NCBI GenBank assembly: GCA_963711565.1
Contig: CAVQEQ010000003.1
Location: 1,088,001-1,152,000, forward strand
DNA: 64,000 nt
Source: an uncultured delta proteobacterium
GTDB taxonomy: Bacteria; Desulfobacterota; Binatia; Binatales; Binataceae
Direction: 5' to 3'
Shown here: positions 18,105 through 27,841 of the stretch, piece by piece
Layout: the number at the start of each line of letters is the position of its first letter
Position numbering within the stretch: the stretch's first letter is position 1
Made by a program: the position numbers and the translations under genes
Notes under the pieces: model-generated
What the model was told of the DNA's origin: nothing
The model's input: the letters and a program-made list of their open reading frames with translations, nothing else
Databases searched by the model: none

Positions 18105-20528
18105 CTACTGGCCCTGGTGATCGAGGCATAGCGAGCGCTGCAGCTTATCCCACCTGACCTTCATGTCGTCCGAGCCCAAGGTAGGATGCTCGGCGCGCGT
18201 TTGTGCCAGCTTGCTGCATGCACCAGAGATGTTGCCCTGCTTCGAGTAAATCACAGCAAGGTGATACTTCGCTTCGTACCAGAGCGGGTCGGATTCGGCG
18301 GCAGTGTTCTCGACCGCGGTCCACCGTTCGTTTGCTTCCTTCCAATCACCCTTGGCTTCCGCGCGACGAGCCAGACCTGCGTTCGCATCGGGCGAGGCCG
18401 GATCGGCCTTCACGACCTCTTCGAAGACCTTGTCCGCCTCGTCGTCATTGCCGGTAGCTTGAAGCGCCTGGGCGTAGATCGACAGCGTACCCGTCAGATT
18501 CTTGGTCGGGATCTTGCCCGACGCGGCCATTTCGGCGAAGCCCTTATACGCAGTCGCGGTCAGCTTCGCGTTGGCGAGATATGTCTTCTGGTCGTTGTCG
18601 TCCTTGGCCGCCTGCGCGGTCTTCCAGAACTCGATTCCAAGTCCCTTGACGAAATCCTGCTTGGAGGTGTCGCTCATGCTGCGTTCGACGAGCGCGGCAA
18701 CGTCGGTATTAACTTCGTCATACCTGCCAAGGTGATCGAGCGCCGTGATGCGCCAATCGACCACGTCCTGGAACTTCGCGCTCATCATCGGGTAATTCGT
18801 TTCGTAGCCGACCAGCAGCGGCGCAACCTGCGCGTAATCGACATGCTCTTGATCTTCTTCGAGGATCGAAGCGAGCATGTAGGTCGCTTCGCCGCGAATC
18901 TCGCGCACCGCCCTCTTGGCGGCGGCAGTATTGGCCGTTGCCTCGGCGTCGTGCCCCATCTTGATCGATTCGTTCAGGTCCGCGACCGCCAGCTTTCTGA
19001 GTTGATCGGTATCGACCTTGGGCGCCGATTTGCTTGCCTTGGCAGTCTCGCCCGCGCCCACGAGTATCTTGTAGTAGCATTCGGCGGCTTTGAACTTGGC
19101 GGTGAAGGTAAACTCAGGGTCGCCCTTGACCTTCGAATACATCTCGGCAGCTCCGAGGAGATCGCCTTGCCGCTGTTTGCGCTCGGCCAACGCCACGCCC
19201 ATCTCGGCGGCATGCTCGCCATTTGGATTTTTCTGCAGGTAATCCTGCGCGTCCTTCGACCACTGATCTTCCAGCGCAGTATCCTTCTCACCGCCCTGCT
19301 CCCATCGGTTATGCTGGAGGCTGAACTTCACGTACTCGGCCCATTGCGCATCGCCGCCGCCGGCCGATGCAATCTTGCTGAGCATCGCCTCGACCTGGTC
19401 GTAGCGCTTCTCGCGCAGATAGATGTCGATGGCGAACTTGTAGGCCTTGGGATATTTCCCGCTGGCGCCCGCCTCCTCATAGTACTTCGCGGCGCCGGCC
19501 TCGTCTTTGCGCGAGAGCAGCACCGCGGCGAGCAGCCACTTCTCGAACGGATCGCTCGAACTGCCGAATTCCTCGACGGCGTTGCTCGGGAACTTGGAGG
19601 CCGCAGCTACATCGACCGCCCATCCTTCCTTGTCGTTCTGCTTGGCCTCCATCAGGTCGATGATCTGCTTGTGATAGGCGGCCTTCTTTGCAGGATCGCT
19701 GGTCGCGCGTTCAGCGCTGAACAGGGTCTGCAACTGAAGCATGAACTGGCCGGATCCCGCGTGCGCGCCGCCCTCCATCGGCAGCGTCTTGGCGGCCTCT
19801 TCAGCATTGCCCATCTTGGCGTAGGTCGTGGAGAGTCCCTGGCGCGCCGCGTTGTATTGCTGCGTCCCTGGACCGTCGTCCATTATTTTCTTGAAGTCGG
19901 CGATCGCGTTGTTGTATTCGTTGTGATCGAACTTGCCCAGCTCGCGCTCGCAGTACGCACGGCCGAGCGTGTTCTCGCGGATCAGGTTGGGATCGGGCAT
20001 CGCCAGCATGCTGTTGGTGAAACCGTCGATCGACTCGTTGAGCAGTTTCTTCGATTGTTCGGCGTCATCGTCGAACAGGGTGGTCGCCGCGGTGAATCGC
20101 AGCCAGGCCAGCGGATATGCGGCGCGCAAGGCCAACTGCTCGGGCTGGTCGTAGTCGCACTGCCCGCCGTTGTCGATCGTGTTGATGCAATCGTCCTTCT
20201 TCTTCGAATAGGTCGTCTGCATCCGATCGAGCATTCCCTCGAGCTGATGGAAAAGCGGTATCAGCGAGCCCTTGTCAACCTTGCCGCTCAACGTCAGCTT
20301 GGCGAAATCCGCCTCGGCACTGTCGAGACGGCTGATCACCTGGTCGGCGGTCGATGCGTTGTTTTCGGCCGAGGACATCTGGCCCGAGAGACTCGAAAGC
20401 TCTCCTTCGAGCTGACTGGAGCTCTGCGCCGCGGCGATGCCGGCGGTGAAAACAAGCGCGAAAAATGCGATTAGCATCGCGGTCAGGCGATGCGAAAAAA
20501 GCGGACGGTTCATTTGTATGGTCCCCAA
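18105..20528 (-). CDS. Large exported TPR/alpha-solenoid protein
   Basis: Signal peptide, 807 aa of helical repeats, host-like codon usage. Confidence 0.8.
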   Translation of the reverse strand: MGTIQMNRPLFSHRLTAMLIAFFALVFTAGIAAAQSSSQLEGELSSLSGQMSSAENNASTADQVISRLDSAEADFAKLTLSGKVDKGSLIPLFHQLEGMLDRMQTTYSKKKDDCINTIDNGGQCDYDQPEQLALRAAYPLAWLRFTAATTLFDDDAEQSKKLLNESIDGFTNSMLAMPDPNLIRENTLGRAYCERELGKFDHNEYNNAIADFKKIMDDGPGTQQYNAARQGLSTTYAKMGNAEEAAKTLPMEGGAHAGSGQFMLQLQTLFSAERATSDPAKKAAYHKQIIDLMEAKQNDKEGWAVDVAAASKFPSNAVEEFGSSSDPFEKWLLAAVLLSRKDEAGAAKYYEEAGASGKYPKAYKFAIDIYLREKRYDQVEAMLSKIASAGGGDAQWAEYVKFSLQHNRWEQGGEKDTALEDQWSKDAQDYLQKNPNGEHAAEMGVALAERKQRQGDLLGAAEMYSKVKGDPEFTFTAKFKAAECYYKILVGAGETAKASKSAPKVDTDQLRKLAVADLNESIKMGHDAEATANTAAAKRAVREIRGEATYMLASILEEDQEHVDYAQVAPLLVGYETNYPMMSAKFQDVVDWRITALDHLGRYDEVNTDVAALVERSMSDTSKQDFVKGLGIEFWKTAQAAKDDNDQKTYLANAKLTATAYKGFAEMAASGKIPTKNLTGTLSIYAQALQATGNDDEADKVFEEVVKADPASPDANAGLARRAEAKGDWKEANERWTAVENTAAESDPLWYEAKYHLAVIYSKQGNISGACSKLAQTRAEHPTLGSDDMKVRWDKLQRSLCLDHQGQ

Positions 20529-20591
20529 AATACTGTTCCCCAGGGAAATTTGGCCTTAACTAAGGATAACGCGGCGATAACGTCAAGCGAC

Positions 20592-21309
20592 TTACAATCC
20601 TCTCGCAAGTTCATGGATGCTGGCAAGCGAACGAATTCGGGCGGTGCGGCCCGCGATCAACGGCTTGGCCCGCCGATCTTCGCGATCGATCAGCACCGCA
20701 GCCATGCCGAGGGCCGCCGCCGGCGCGAAGTCGAGATGCTCCGAATCGCCGACATGCATCGCGTCGGGCGCGGTCACGCCTCCAAATGCAAGGGCAGCGT
20801 CGTAAATCTCCCGCCGCGGCTTCGCATAGCCGGCTTCGGAGGAAATCGTGATCGAATCGAAGTAACGGGTCAGTTCGAGGCCGTCGAGAATTCGATACAG
20901 GCGATAGTCGAAGTTGGAGATCACGCCGAGTTTGAATCCATCATTCTTTAGACGTGCGAGCATCGGAGCAGCTTCAACATCGGCAATCCAATGGCCGGGA
21001 TCGGCGAGATGGGCAAAAAGGGCGTCGAAGTAAGCGTCGAAGTCTGGGAATTTGCCAATCGGCGCGAACGTTTCGCCCACACGCTCCCGCCACCATTGGC
21101 GCTCGAGCCGTCGCAGTTCGTCATGCCGAAGTCCGAGCCCGAACGCCAACCCCGGCGCCGCACCGAAAGCACGGCGAAAGCCGGCGGCGACGGCCTCCTC
21201 GGAGAACGTTGAGGCCGAAATCCCGTGCCAGGCTTGCGTACGTGCGTCCGATAGGCTCGCGCGACTCGAACAGCGTGCCGGCAGCGTCGAAGAATACGGC
21301 GCGAATCAT
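20592..21309 (-). pseudogene. HAD-IA hydrolase (REG-2/HDHD3-like) split by a +1 frameshift near 21205
   Basis: FFDAAGTL in one frame; ISNFD, KP, HVGDS in another. Removing one base at ctc-aac-gttctcc restores GLNVSEEAVAAGFRRAF. Confidence 0.8.
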
Positions 21310-21513
21310 ACGATTCAGTTTATTGGAGCCTTTTCAGAATACGAAACCTCGAGAGGCTATCGCGGTTTGTTCCATTTGTGTTCTGGTGTGAGAGTGGCGT
21401 TCAAATTCACCTGGCGTCAATTGATCGTTAATGTCTCGGTAACGTCGATTTGGCAGAACTCACCTACGGTCGCGGTCATTCGAACGCCACCAAAAGGAAG
21501 AAAGAGAGAACCT

Positions 21514-21870
21514 ATGGGCATGCGGAAAACCGCGATTGTGGCATTCGTGGCGTTGGCCGGGATGAGCGCACCGCTTCTACAGAACGTGTCGTTTGCGCAG
21601 GGCGCACCGGCCGCAATGGCAACCGAAGCGATGGCGTCCAGCTTGTCAGCGGCGGACAAGGATGCGCTCATCAAAAAGCTTGCGGATGCTAAGGCACGTG
21701 ACAAGCGGGCGCGCAAGCAATATTCGACGGAGCCGTTGACCCAGGCCGGGTACGACCGGAAGATCGCTCAGATAAACCGCTTGACCGCAAAGCTGAACAA
21801 GGGCCAGGACTTCCCTCTGAGCGACGCCGACAAAGCGGTTGAGTCACCGGGTAAGCCGGAACCCAACTGA
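21514..21870 (+). CDS. Exported small helical hypothetical protein
   Basis: Signal peptide MRKTAIVAFVALAG...SFA. Confidence 0.7.
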   Translation: MGMRKTAIVAFVALAGMSAPLLQNVSFAQGAPAAMATEAMASSLSAADKDALIKKLADAKARDKRARKQYSTEPLTQAGYDRKIAQINRLTAKLNKGQDFPLSDADKAVESPGKPEPN

Positions 21871-22230
21871 CCCTGGTGCCTTATTCAATCCGCTTTGTTG
21901 GCAAATTAAGCCCTTGGCGGATTCAATTGGCGCCACCTATCCTCCGTCGAGGGTGAAATGACGCCAGCACCTACGGGGTTCAACTGATTTCCTGCCGTTC
22001 GCCAATCGGCTAGCATCTCCCCGCAATGCCGCTCGACGACAAAGCCGGCGCTCCCGCTTCTGCTTCGCGTTCTGCTGCCGCGCACGTCGAACCGCCGAAG
22101 ATCTACATCCCGGCGTGTGGCGTGCTATGCGATATTTTCTGGTGGGCACGCCGCGATCCTTCCACCGATAAGCAGGATCCACTTCCCGCTTCGGACGATA
22201 GGAGGCGCAAATCCTGAGAAGTCCCCTGTG

Positions 22231-23964
22231 ATGGATGTCGCAAAAAGATCCGTCATTGCGGCTCTGCTCCTCGCCACAATCGCAGCCGCTCCCGCACGCG
22301 CTGCGGAGAAGCGGGAAATTCGCTACCATCCGCACGAACTGCACTTCGGGAAAGTCGAGGTAGGCACGTCTTCGGACGTCAAGTCGGTCAAGCTGAGAAA
22401 TCTCGACGACGTGACGATTACGATACAAAAAATTTCAGTGACTGTAGGCGACGATGCATTCGTCATCACCGATGGGACCAACAGATGCTTCAACATGGTA
22501 TTCGCACCGGGCGCAAACTGCCTGATTTACGTGGTGTTCGTCCCGCCCGCGGATTCCGAACAAGGAGAGGAGGAGGGCGGCGATTTAACGATTGTATCGG
22601 AGCCTCTTAACGGGAACGTGGCCCATCAGGTTGTGGACCTTGAAGGGACTGCGGTGAGACCGAAGAAGATGAAAAAGCATAAGCCGACGCCAACTGCCAC
22701 TCCGACTGCAACTGTCCCACCCACTCCGACAGCCTCACCGACGCGGACCGCGTCGCCAACCGCCACCACGACCGCAACCACGACCGCGACGCCGACCGCG
22801 ACACCGACTACTGCGCTCGTAGGCGTGGGGAATTTCTCGTCAAACAACGTCGAGTTTTTCTTGTACTACCCGGGTCCGAAAGGATTCTCTCCGACGCCCG
22901 GTGACAACAATGTGGCTCCGCTCGCCACTATCGCCGGCGCAAATACCGGCCTGAACTCGCCCTACGGCATAGCGCTGGATGCAAATAACAACATCTACGT
23001 GGCGAACAGGTTCGGCGGACCGGCACTCCAGGGCAGCATCACGATCTATCCTGCGCTGGGAAGTAGCACCGGCACACTGAACGAATCTCCCGTCGCGACC
23101 ATCGTCGGCCAGCCCAACATCGGGTGTACTGCCGCCGGAGTTCCGTTCGCTTGCTGTACCGGTGACGAGATCGGCACCTGCGTCAACAATACCCAGCTCT
23201 CACAGCCCACCGGCATCATCGTGGATGGAGCAACCGGGACCATCTTTGTGGCGAATCTCGACGGTGGGACTGGCTTCCAGGGAAGTATCAACGTCTATCC
23301 CCCGCTGGGAGGCAGCACCGGCACTCTGAATGAGTCGCCAACCGCGATTGTCGCCGGACAATTCAACAGCGCATGTATCGCGGCCGGCAATCCTTACGCG
23401 TGTTGTAGCGGCTCCGGGACCGGCACCTGCACCGACAACACCGGCTTGGAGAACCCCACGGGCCTCGATCTGATTTTCAATCCAAGCTCTGAAATGGTGG
23501 ACCTCTACGTGACAAACTCCACGGGCGGACCGCCGGGCTGTTCCGCCACGTCCAGCTGCAACGGCAGCATCACCGCCTACTCGCCGGCCCTCAGCGCCAA
23601 CGGCAACGCGACGCCCTCCGTAATTCTGACGGGGTCCAATACGCAGTTGTCCGCGCCGCAGGGACTCAGCCACAATGAGGATACTAACCTCTTTGTAACC
23701 AACGGCTTTAACAACACTGTGACATCATATCCGTCGGGGACTAGCGGCAACCTCGTACCAATTTTCTCGATCACGGGCGACCTCGAGGGGCCCGAGGGCA
23801 TCGTTAACGCTTCAGTGGAAGGGAACGAGCTAACCTTCGTGGTCAATTACAGCGGTCCCGGCGTCAACGTGTATGACTCCTCGGGGGACCTGCTAGGCAC
23901 GCTCACCGGCAACAACACCGGTCTCAGTGGCCCGCTCGGGATGGTGGTCCTTCCAGCGCCGTAG
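22231..23964 (+). CDS. Exported protein: Ig-like (ASH/choice-of-anchor D-like) domain, Pro/Thr linker and NHL-like beta-propeller with Cys-rich inserts
   Basis: Signal peptide ARA; LHFGKVEVG...C...PGANC..V.F.P; PTPTAT run; repeats NTGLxxPxGIxxD...YVAN. Confidence 0.8.
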   Translation: MDVAKRSVIAALLLATIAAAPARAAEKREIRYHPHELHFGKVEVGTSSDVKSVKLRNLDDVTITIQKISVTVGDDAFVITDGTNRCFNMVFAPGANCLIYVVFVPPADSEQGEEEGGDLTIVSEPLNGNVAHQVVDLEGTAVRPKKMKKHKPTPTATPTATVPPTPTASPTRTASPTATTTATTTATPTATPTTALVGVGNFSSNNVEFFLYYPGPKGFSPTPGDNNVAPLATIAGANTGLNSPYGIALDANNNIYVANRFGGPALQGSITIYPALGSSTGTLNESPVATIVGQPNIGCTAAGVPFACCTGDEIGTCVNNTQLSQPTGIIVDGATGTIFVANLDGGTGFQGSINVYPPLGGSTGTLNESPTAIVAGQFNSACIAAGNPYACCSGSGTGTCTDNTGLENPTGLDLIFNPSSEMVDLYVTNSTGGPPGCSATSSCNGSITAYSPALSANGNATPSVILTGSNTQLSAPQGLSHNEDTNLFVTNGFNNTVTSYPSGTSGNLVPIFSITGDLEGPEGIVNASVEGNELTFVVNYSGPGVNVYDSSGDLLGTLTGNNTGLSGPLGMVVLPAP

Positions 23965-23970
23965 AGACCG

Positions 23971-24846
23971 CTATTGCAAGCCGTCCCAGATCTGGATCAG
24001 CACGCCGAAAGCTGACTGTGGCGAGATGAAGTATTGACGCTCGCCGCGCCAGTTCTTCTTTTCATCCACCACGCGGACGCCATCGCGTTTTAGTTTCTCG
24101 CGCGTCTCGTCGAAACTTTTAAGGTCGAGCGACACGTGATGCATCCCCTCGCCGTAGCGCGCGATAAACTTGCCGACGAAATCGTTGTCGGGCTTGTGCG
24201 CCGGGCTCTGGATGAATTCGAGCTTGAAGCCGGCGACCTCGAGATGACCTAGGTCGAAGTTGCCCTCTGAATTGCTCGTGTGAATCTCGTGGCTGATTTT
24301 CGTCCCGGGAAAGTAGCTCGTGAAAAACTTGTAGGCCGCGGCAATGTCCTTGACCGCAAGCGACACGTGATCGAAATACGCCAGGCCGTCGGGCGCCGGC
24401 TTGGGATGCGCCTGCTCCCAGTTCGGCGTGTGCCAGAACTGAATCAGCGCGCCGAAAGCGGATCGCGGCGAGATGAACGCGGTCGCCGAACCTGAATCGT
24501 ACTTCTGCTCGTCAACCACGCGCACGCCGCCCGCCTTCAGATTGGCAACGAGCGCGTCGAGACCGTCCGTCTCGATCGACAAATGATGCATCCCCTCGCC
24601 GTGGCGCTCGATAAACTTGGTGACGAAGCCGGGCTTGCCGGGCGGGTCCTCGATCAGCTCGACGACGAATCCGCCGAGATGAAAATCCTGCCAGTAGAAC
24701 GATCCGCTGACCTGCTCGTCGAGCGACTTGGCGCCGCGCAACTTGATCGGAAAGTACTTCGCGAAGAAATCGTAGGCGCGGTCGATGGACTTCACCGCGA
24801 TCGAAACATGATCGAACCTCAAGCGAACATTGTCAGTCGCAGCCAT
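23971..24846 (-). CDS. Tandem VOC (methylmalonyl-CoA epimerase-like) protein
   Basis: Two copies of FDHVS.AVK...GEGMHH...FISP..AFG.LIQ.W. Confidence 0.85.
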   Translation of the reverse strand: MAATDNVRLRFDHVSIAVKSIDRAYDFFAKYFPIKLRGAKSLDEQVSGSFYWQDFHLGGFVVELIEDPPGKPGFVTKFIERHGEGMHHLSIETDGLDALVANLKAGGVRVVDEQKYDSGSATAFISPRSAFGALIQFWHTPNWEQAHPKPAPDGLAYFDHVSLAVKDIAAAYKFFTSYFPGTKISHEIHTSNSEGNFDLGHLEVAGFKLEFIQSPAHKPDNDFVGKFIARYGEGMHHVSLDLKSFDETREKLKRDGVRVVDEKKNWRGERQYFISPQSAFGVLIQIWDGLQ

Positions 24847-25015
24847 GCTGAAACGAATCTCCCTTCGACAAAATTGTGCGCCTTACTTCGCGGCGCGTCC
24901 GGGCCGGAAGCGCCACAGTAGCCGGAACGAGTTGCGCAAAACCAGCGGCCATCCGTTGGCGATTTTCCCGGCGTACATGCGAACTGATTGATCGACGCGC
25001 GAGATTGTCGGCACG

Positions 25016-25672
25016 TCAAAGAAATTCGAGCCTCGCGTCCAGCCGCCCGTCTTCGGTGCGCACAACTATATAGCCACCGCCCTTGAACGGGCCCGCGTTG
25101 AAAATCTGCGTCGGACCGATCCGATCGACCCCCGCCGACTCGTGGATGTGCCCCGAGATGCAAACGTCGGGCTTTACCTCTTCGATAAATTGGCGTGCGG
25201 CGGTGCTGCCGACCGGCTTGCCGCTCATGATTCGATCGCACTTCGTATCGAACGGCGGCGTGTGACAGATCATCAGGAGCGGACGCACGTCGCGCACGAA
25301 GTCGTAGCCGGCGCGCAGCGTCGAGTAGATTTCGTCTTCGCTCAGCTCGGTGGGAGTGCCGAACGGCGTGATGTTCGAGCCGCCGCATCCGAAGATGCCG
25401 ACGCCCTCGATGACGCGGCCCTTCCCGTGCAGCGCGATCCCGTCCTGCTCCAGAAACGGGATCACCTCGCGCTGGTCGAGATTTCCCGACACCGCCAGCA
25501 CGGCAGGACACGCGCGGCGAACGTCGGTGATCACCTTGCGCGCGTCGTCGATGCCGCCGAAGTTGGTGAGATCGCCCGACAGGATTATCAAATCGCAATC
25601 GCGCATCACCTCGCCCATCCGCTCGAGATTGCGAGTCGCCATGTGAACGTCGCCGAAGGAAATGATCTTCAT
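25016..25672 (-). CDS. Metallophosphoesterase (Icc-like)
   Basis: GDVH, GDLT, GNLD, HTPP, GHIHE. Confidence 0.9.
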   Translation of the reverse strand: MKIISFGDVHMATRNLERMGEVMRDCDLIILSGDLTNFGGIDDARKVITDVRRACPAVLAVSGNLDQREVIPFLEQDGIALHGKGRVIEGVGIFGCGGSNITPFGTPTELSEDEIYSTLRAGYDFVRDVRPLLMICHTPPFDTKCDRIMSGKPVGSTAARQFIEEVKPDVCISGHIHESAGVDRIGPTQIFNAGPFKGGGYIVVRTEDGRLDARLEFL

Positions 25673-25734
25673 CGCAATAACTTAATTCTAGTGAAACCCA
25701 AAGCATGATTCACGCGCTTTTTCCTTGCCCGTGA

Positions 25735-25997
25735 TCCTAACCTCTCCTTGTCCGAGGAGAGGTCGGCGTAAGCCGCGCAGCGGTGTCGCCGGGTGAGGTG
25801 CAACGCACGACAGCGCGCAAATCCCAACTCGTTTAACCGCAATTGTTGGACACTCAGGCCGCCTTCAGAAAGCAGCGTCACTTTCTGACTTGCTGCAAAA
25901 ACTACAACGCGCTTCTTCGCGACGGCCAGCGTTGCACCTCACCCGTCGCTCGCCTTCGGCTCGCGCCGACCTCCCCTCGGACAAGGGGAGGTCAGGA
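25735..25997. repeat. MITE/REP-doublet-like element with about 70-bp imperfect terminal inverted repeats
   Basis: 25735-25806 is the reverse complement of 25929-25997 apart from the internal loop and a few substitutions. Confidence 0.85.
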
Positions 25998-26048
25998 TTC
26001 AGACCCGCCACCCTTCCCTTGCGCCAACCGGAACCGCATAACCAGAGG

Positions 26049-26816
26049 ATGGCGTCGCGCGACAAATTTGCGTTCGTGCTGTATCGGCCGCAGTCGGCCG
26101 GCAATATCGGCGCGGCGGCGCGGGCGCTCAAGAATATGGGCTTCGACGATCTGCGCCTGGTCGGACGCGGACCGCTCAACGATCGCGAGGCCGTAAAGAT
26201 GGCGGTACATGCCGATGACCTCCTCGCGAACGCAACCGTTTATCCCGATCTCGCCGCAGCGCTCGCCGATTGCTCGCTCGCCGTCGGCACGACCAGCCGC
26301 CGCGGCGGTTATCGCAGCCGCGCGACCCCGCTGCGCCCCGCTGCCGCGGAACTCGACGCACTGGCAGGCGCGAACAAGGTCGCGATCGTCTTTGGCCGCG
26401 AAGATCGCGGACTGACCAATCGCGAGCTCAAACTGTGCCATCGCCTGATCACGATCCCAACCGCGCCTGAATATCCGTCGCTCAACCTCGCGCAAGCGGT
26501 GATGGTCGTCGCGTACGAGCTGATGATGGCGGCGACTGCTGCGGTCTCATCCCCGCGCGCGCCCGAGTTCGTGGCCGCATCGGTGAGCGACCCGATGCTC
26601 GAGCGGATGGCGGAGGCGCTGGTCTCGATCGGTTTTATTCCCGACGACAACCCGGACCATATCATGCTCGCGATCCGCGAGATTTTCGGCCGCAGCGGAT
26701 TGACCGCGCGCGAGGTCGAGATTCTCAACGGCATGGCGCGGCAGATGCGATGGGTCGCCGAGGGGGGGCATCGCACGCTCGCGGAGAAACGTCGCGCGGG
26801 CAAGAAGTTGAGATGA
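26049..26816 (+). CDS. trmJ: tRNA/rRNA 2'-O-methyltransferase, TrmJ/LasT SPOUT family
   Basis: NIGAAARALKNMG, FGREDRGL, SLNLAQAV. Confidence 0.88.
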   Translation: MASRDKFAFVLYRPQSAGNIGAAARALKNMGFDDLRLVGRGPLNDREAVKMAVHADDLLANATVYPDLAAALADCSLAVGTTSRRGGYRSRATPLRPAAAELDALAGANKVAIVFGREDRGLTNRELKLCHRLITIPTAPEYPSLNLAQAVMVVAYELMMAATAAVSSPRAPEFVAASVSDPMLERMAEALVSIGFIPDDNPDHIMLAIREIFGRSGLTAREVEILNGMARQMRWVAEGGHRTLAEKRRAGKKLR

Positions 26817-26879
26817 CTCTCTCGTGGTTTCCACGTGCATGCGCGATGCGCGATAATCAGCTGAAGACGTGAATCGCAA

Positions 26880-27140
26880 ATGGCCGAGATAATCGATTTT
26901 GCCGAGATCCAGGAGGCGCGGCGCAAAGCCCGCGCGCGCATCCCCGAGCGCGAAAACCTGGAGCGTGCGGTGCAGCTGATGCGCGAGAACCTGGCCGCCG
27001 TCGCCGCCGAGATGGCCGACGCGCCGCGCGAAGAGCAGGCCGAACTGCTGACCCGGGTCGAGCGGCTGGTGGCGATGATTCGCTATGGAATGCGAATGCT
27101 CGGCGAGCCGGCCGCTGCCCGCTGGAACGCTGGCGGCTGA
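26880..27140 (+). CDS. Small helical hypothetical protein
   Basis: MAEIIDF start, host codon usage, 2 nt from the next gene. Confidence 0.7.
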   Translation: MAEIIDFAEIQEARRKARARIPERENLERAVQLMRENLAAVAAEMADAPREEQAELLTRVERLVAMIRYGMRMLGEPAAARWNAGG

Positions 27141-27142
27141 AT

Positions 27143-27790
27143 GTGGACGAAGGCCTGACGCTCAGAATTACCGGCGTCGAATCGGGCGACGAGATCGCCG
27201 GCGCGCGCAAAGTGACGATCAAAACGACGCGCGGCGCGATTCCGCTGATACTGCATTCCGCGCCGGAGAAGGGGCGGGCCGTGCTGTGCGTCAGCGGCGC
27301 GATGGGCGGATACAACGGTCCCTCGATGCTCTACCCGCGGCTCGGACTGGAGATGCCAAAACGCGGATTCACCATCGCGCGACTGGATTATCGCGCGCCC
27401 AATGAGTTCGGCGAATGCCTGCTCGATGCGATGGCGGCGTTGAGCTTTCTCGGCGGAATCGGCAACCATCGCGTCGCTCTGATCGGGCATTCGTTCGGTG
27501 GCGCGGTCGCGATCAACGCGGGCACGGTCAGTCCAATCGTCACGACGGTTATCGCGCTGTCGAGCCAGCTCGCGGGCGCGCACGTGGTCGGCGAGCTCGC
27601 GCCCAAACCGTTGCTGTTGATTCATGGCGGGGCGGACACGATTCTCTCGCCCGAAAGCTCGCAGGCCCTTTACGATCGCGCGGGCGAGCCGAAGACGATC
27701 AGGATTTTACCCGGCGTCGGACACGGCCTGGCGGAAGCGCACGACGAAGTATTCGACCTGCTCAGCGACTGGCTATCGCAAAAAGTTTGA
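27143..27790 (+). CDS. Alpha/beta hydrolase
   Basis: GHSFG nucleophile elbow, HGGAD, GVGH. Confidence 0.88.
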   Translation: MDEGLTLRITGVESGDEIAGARKVTIKTTRGAIPLILHSAPEKGRAVLCVSGAMGGYNGPSMLYPRLGLEMPKRGFTIARLDYRAPNEFGECLLDAMAALSFLGGIGNHRVALIGHSFGGAVAINAGTVSPIVTTVIALSSQLAGAHVVGELAPKPLLLIHGGADTILSPESSQALYDRAGEPKTIRILPGVGHGLAEAHDEVFDLLSDWLSQKV

Positions 27791-27841
27791 GCCTGAACGG
27801 CTATTCACTGCGGCGACCGCGTCAATATAAAGTGATGCGCG

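Noticed and set aside
18186-20474. 762-aa plus-strand ORF and many other long antisense ORFs
   Set aside because: These are shadow frames of real genes in GC-rich DNA, with no motifs or RBS.
22681-22812. Tandem ACC/ACG/CCG-rich repeats
   Set aside because: They encode the Pro/Thr linker of the exported protein; there is no repeat-spacer structure, so this is not CRISPR.
24883-24978. Short minus-strand ORF MYAGKIANGWPLVLRNSFRLLWRFRPGRAAK
   Set aside because: No RBS or recognisable family; it could be a gene remnant but cannot be supported.
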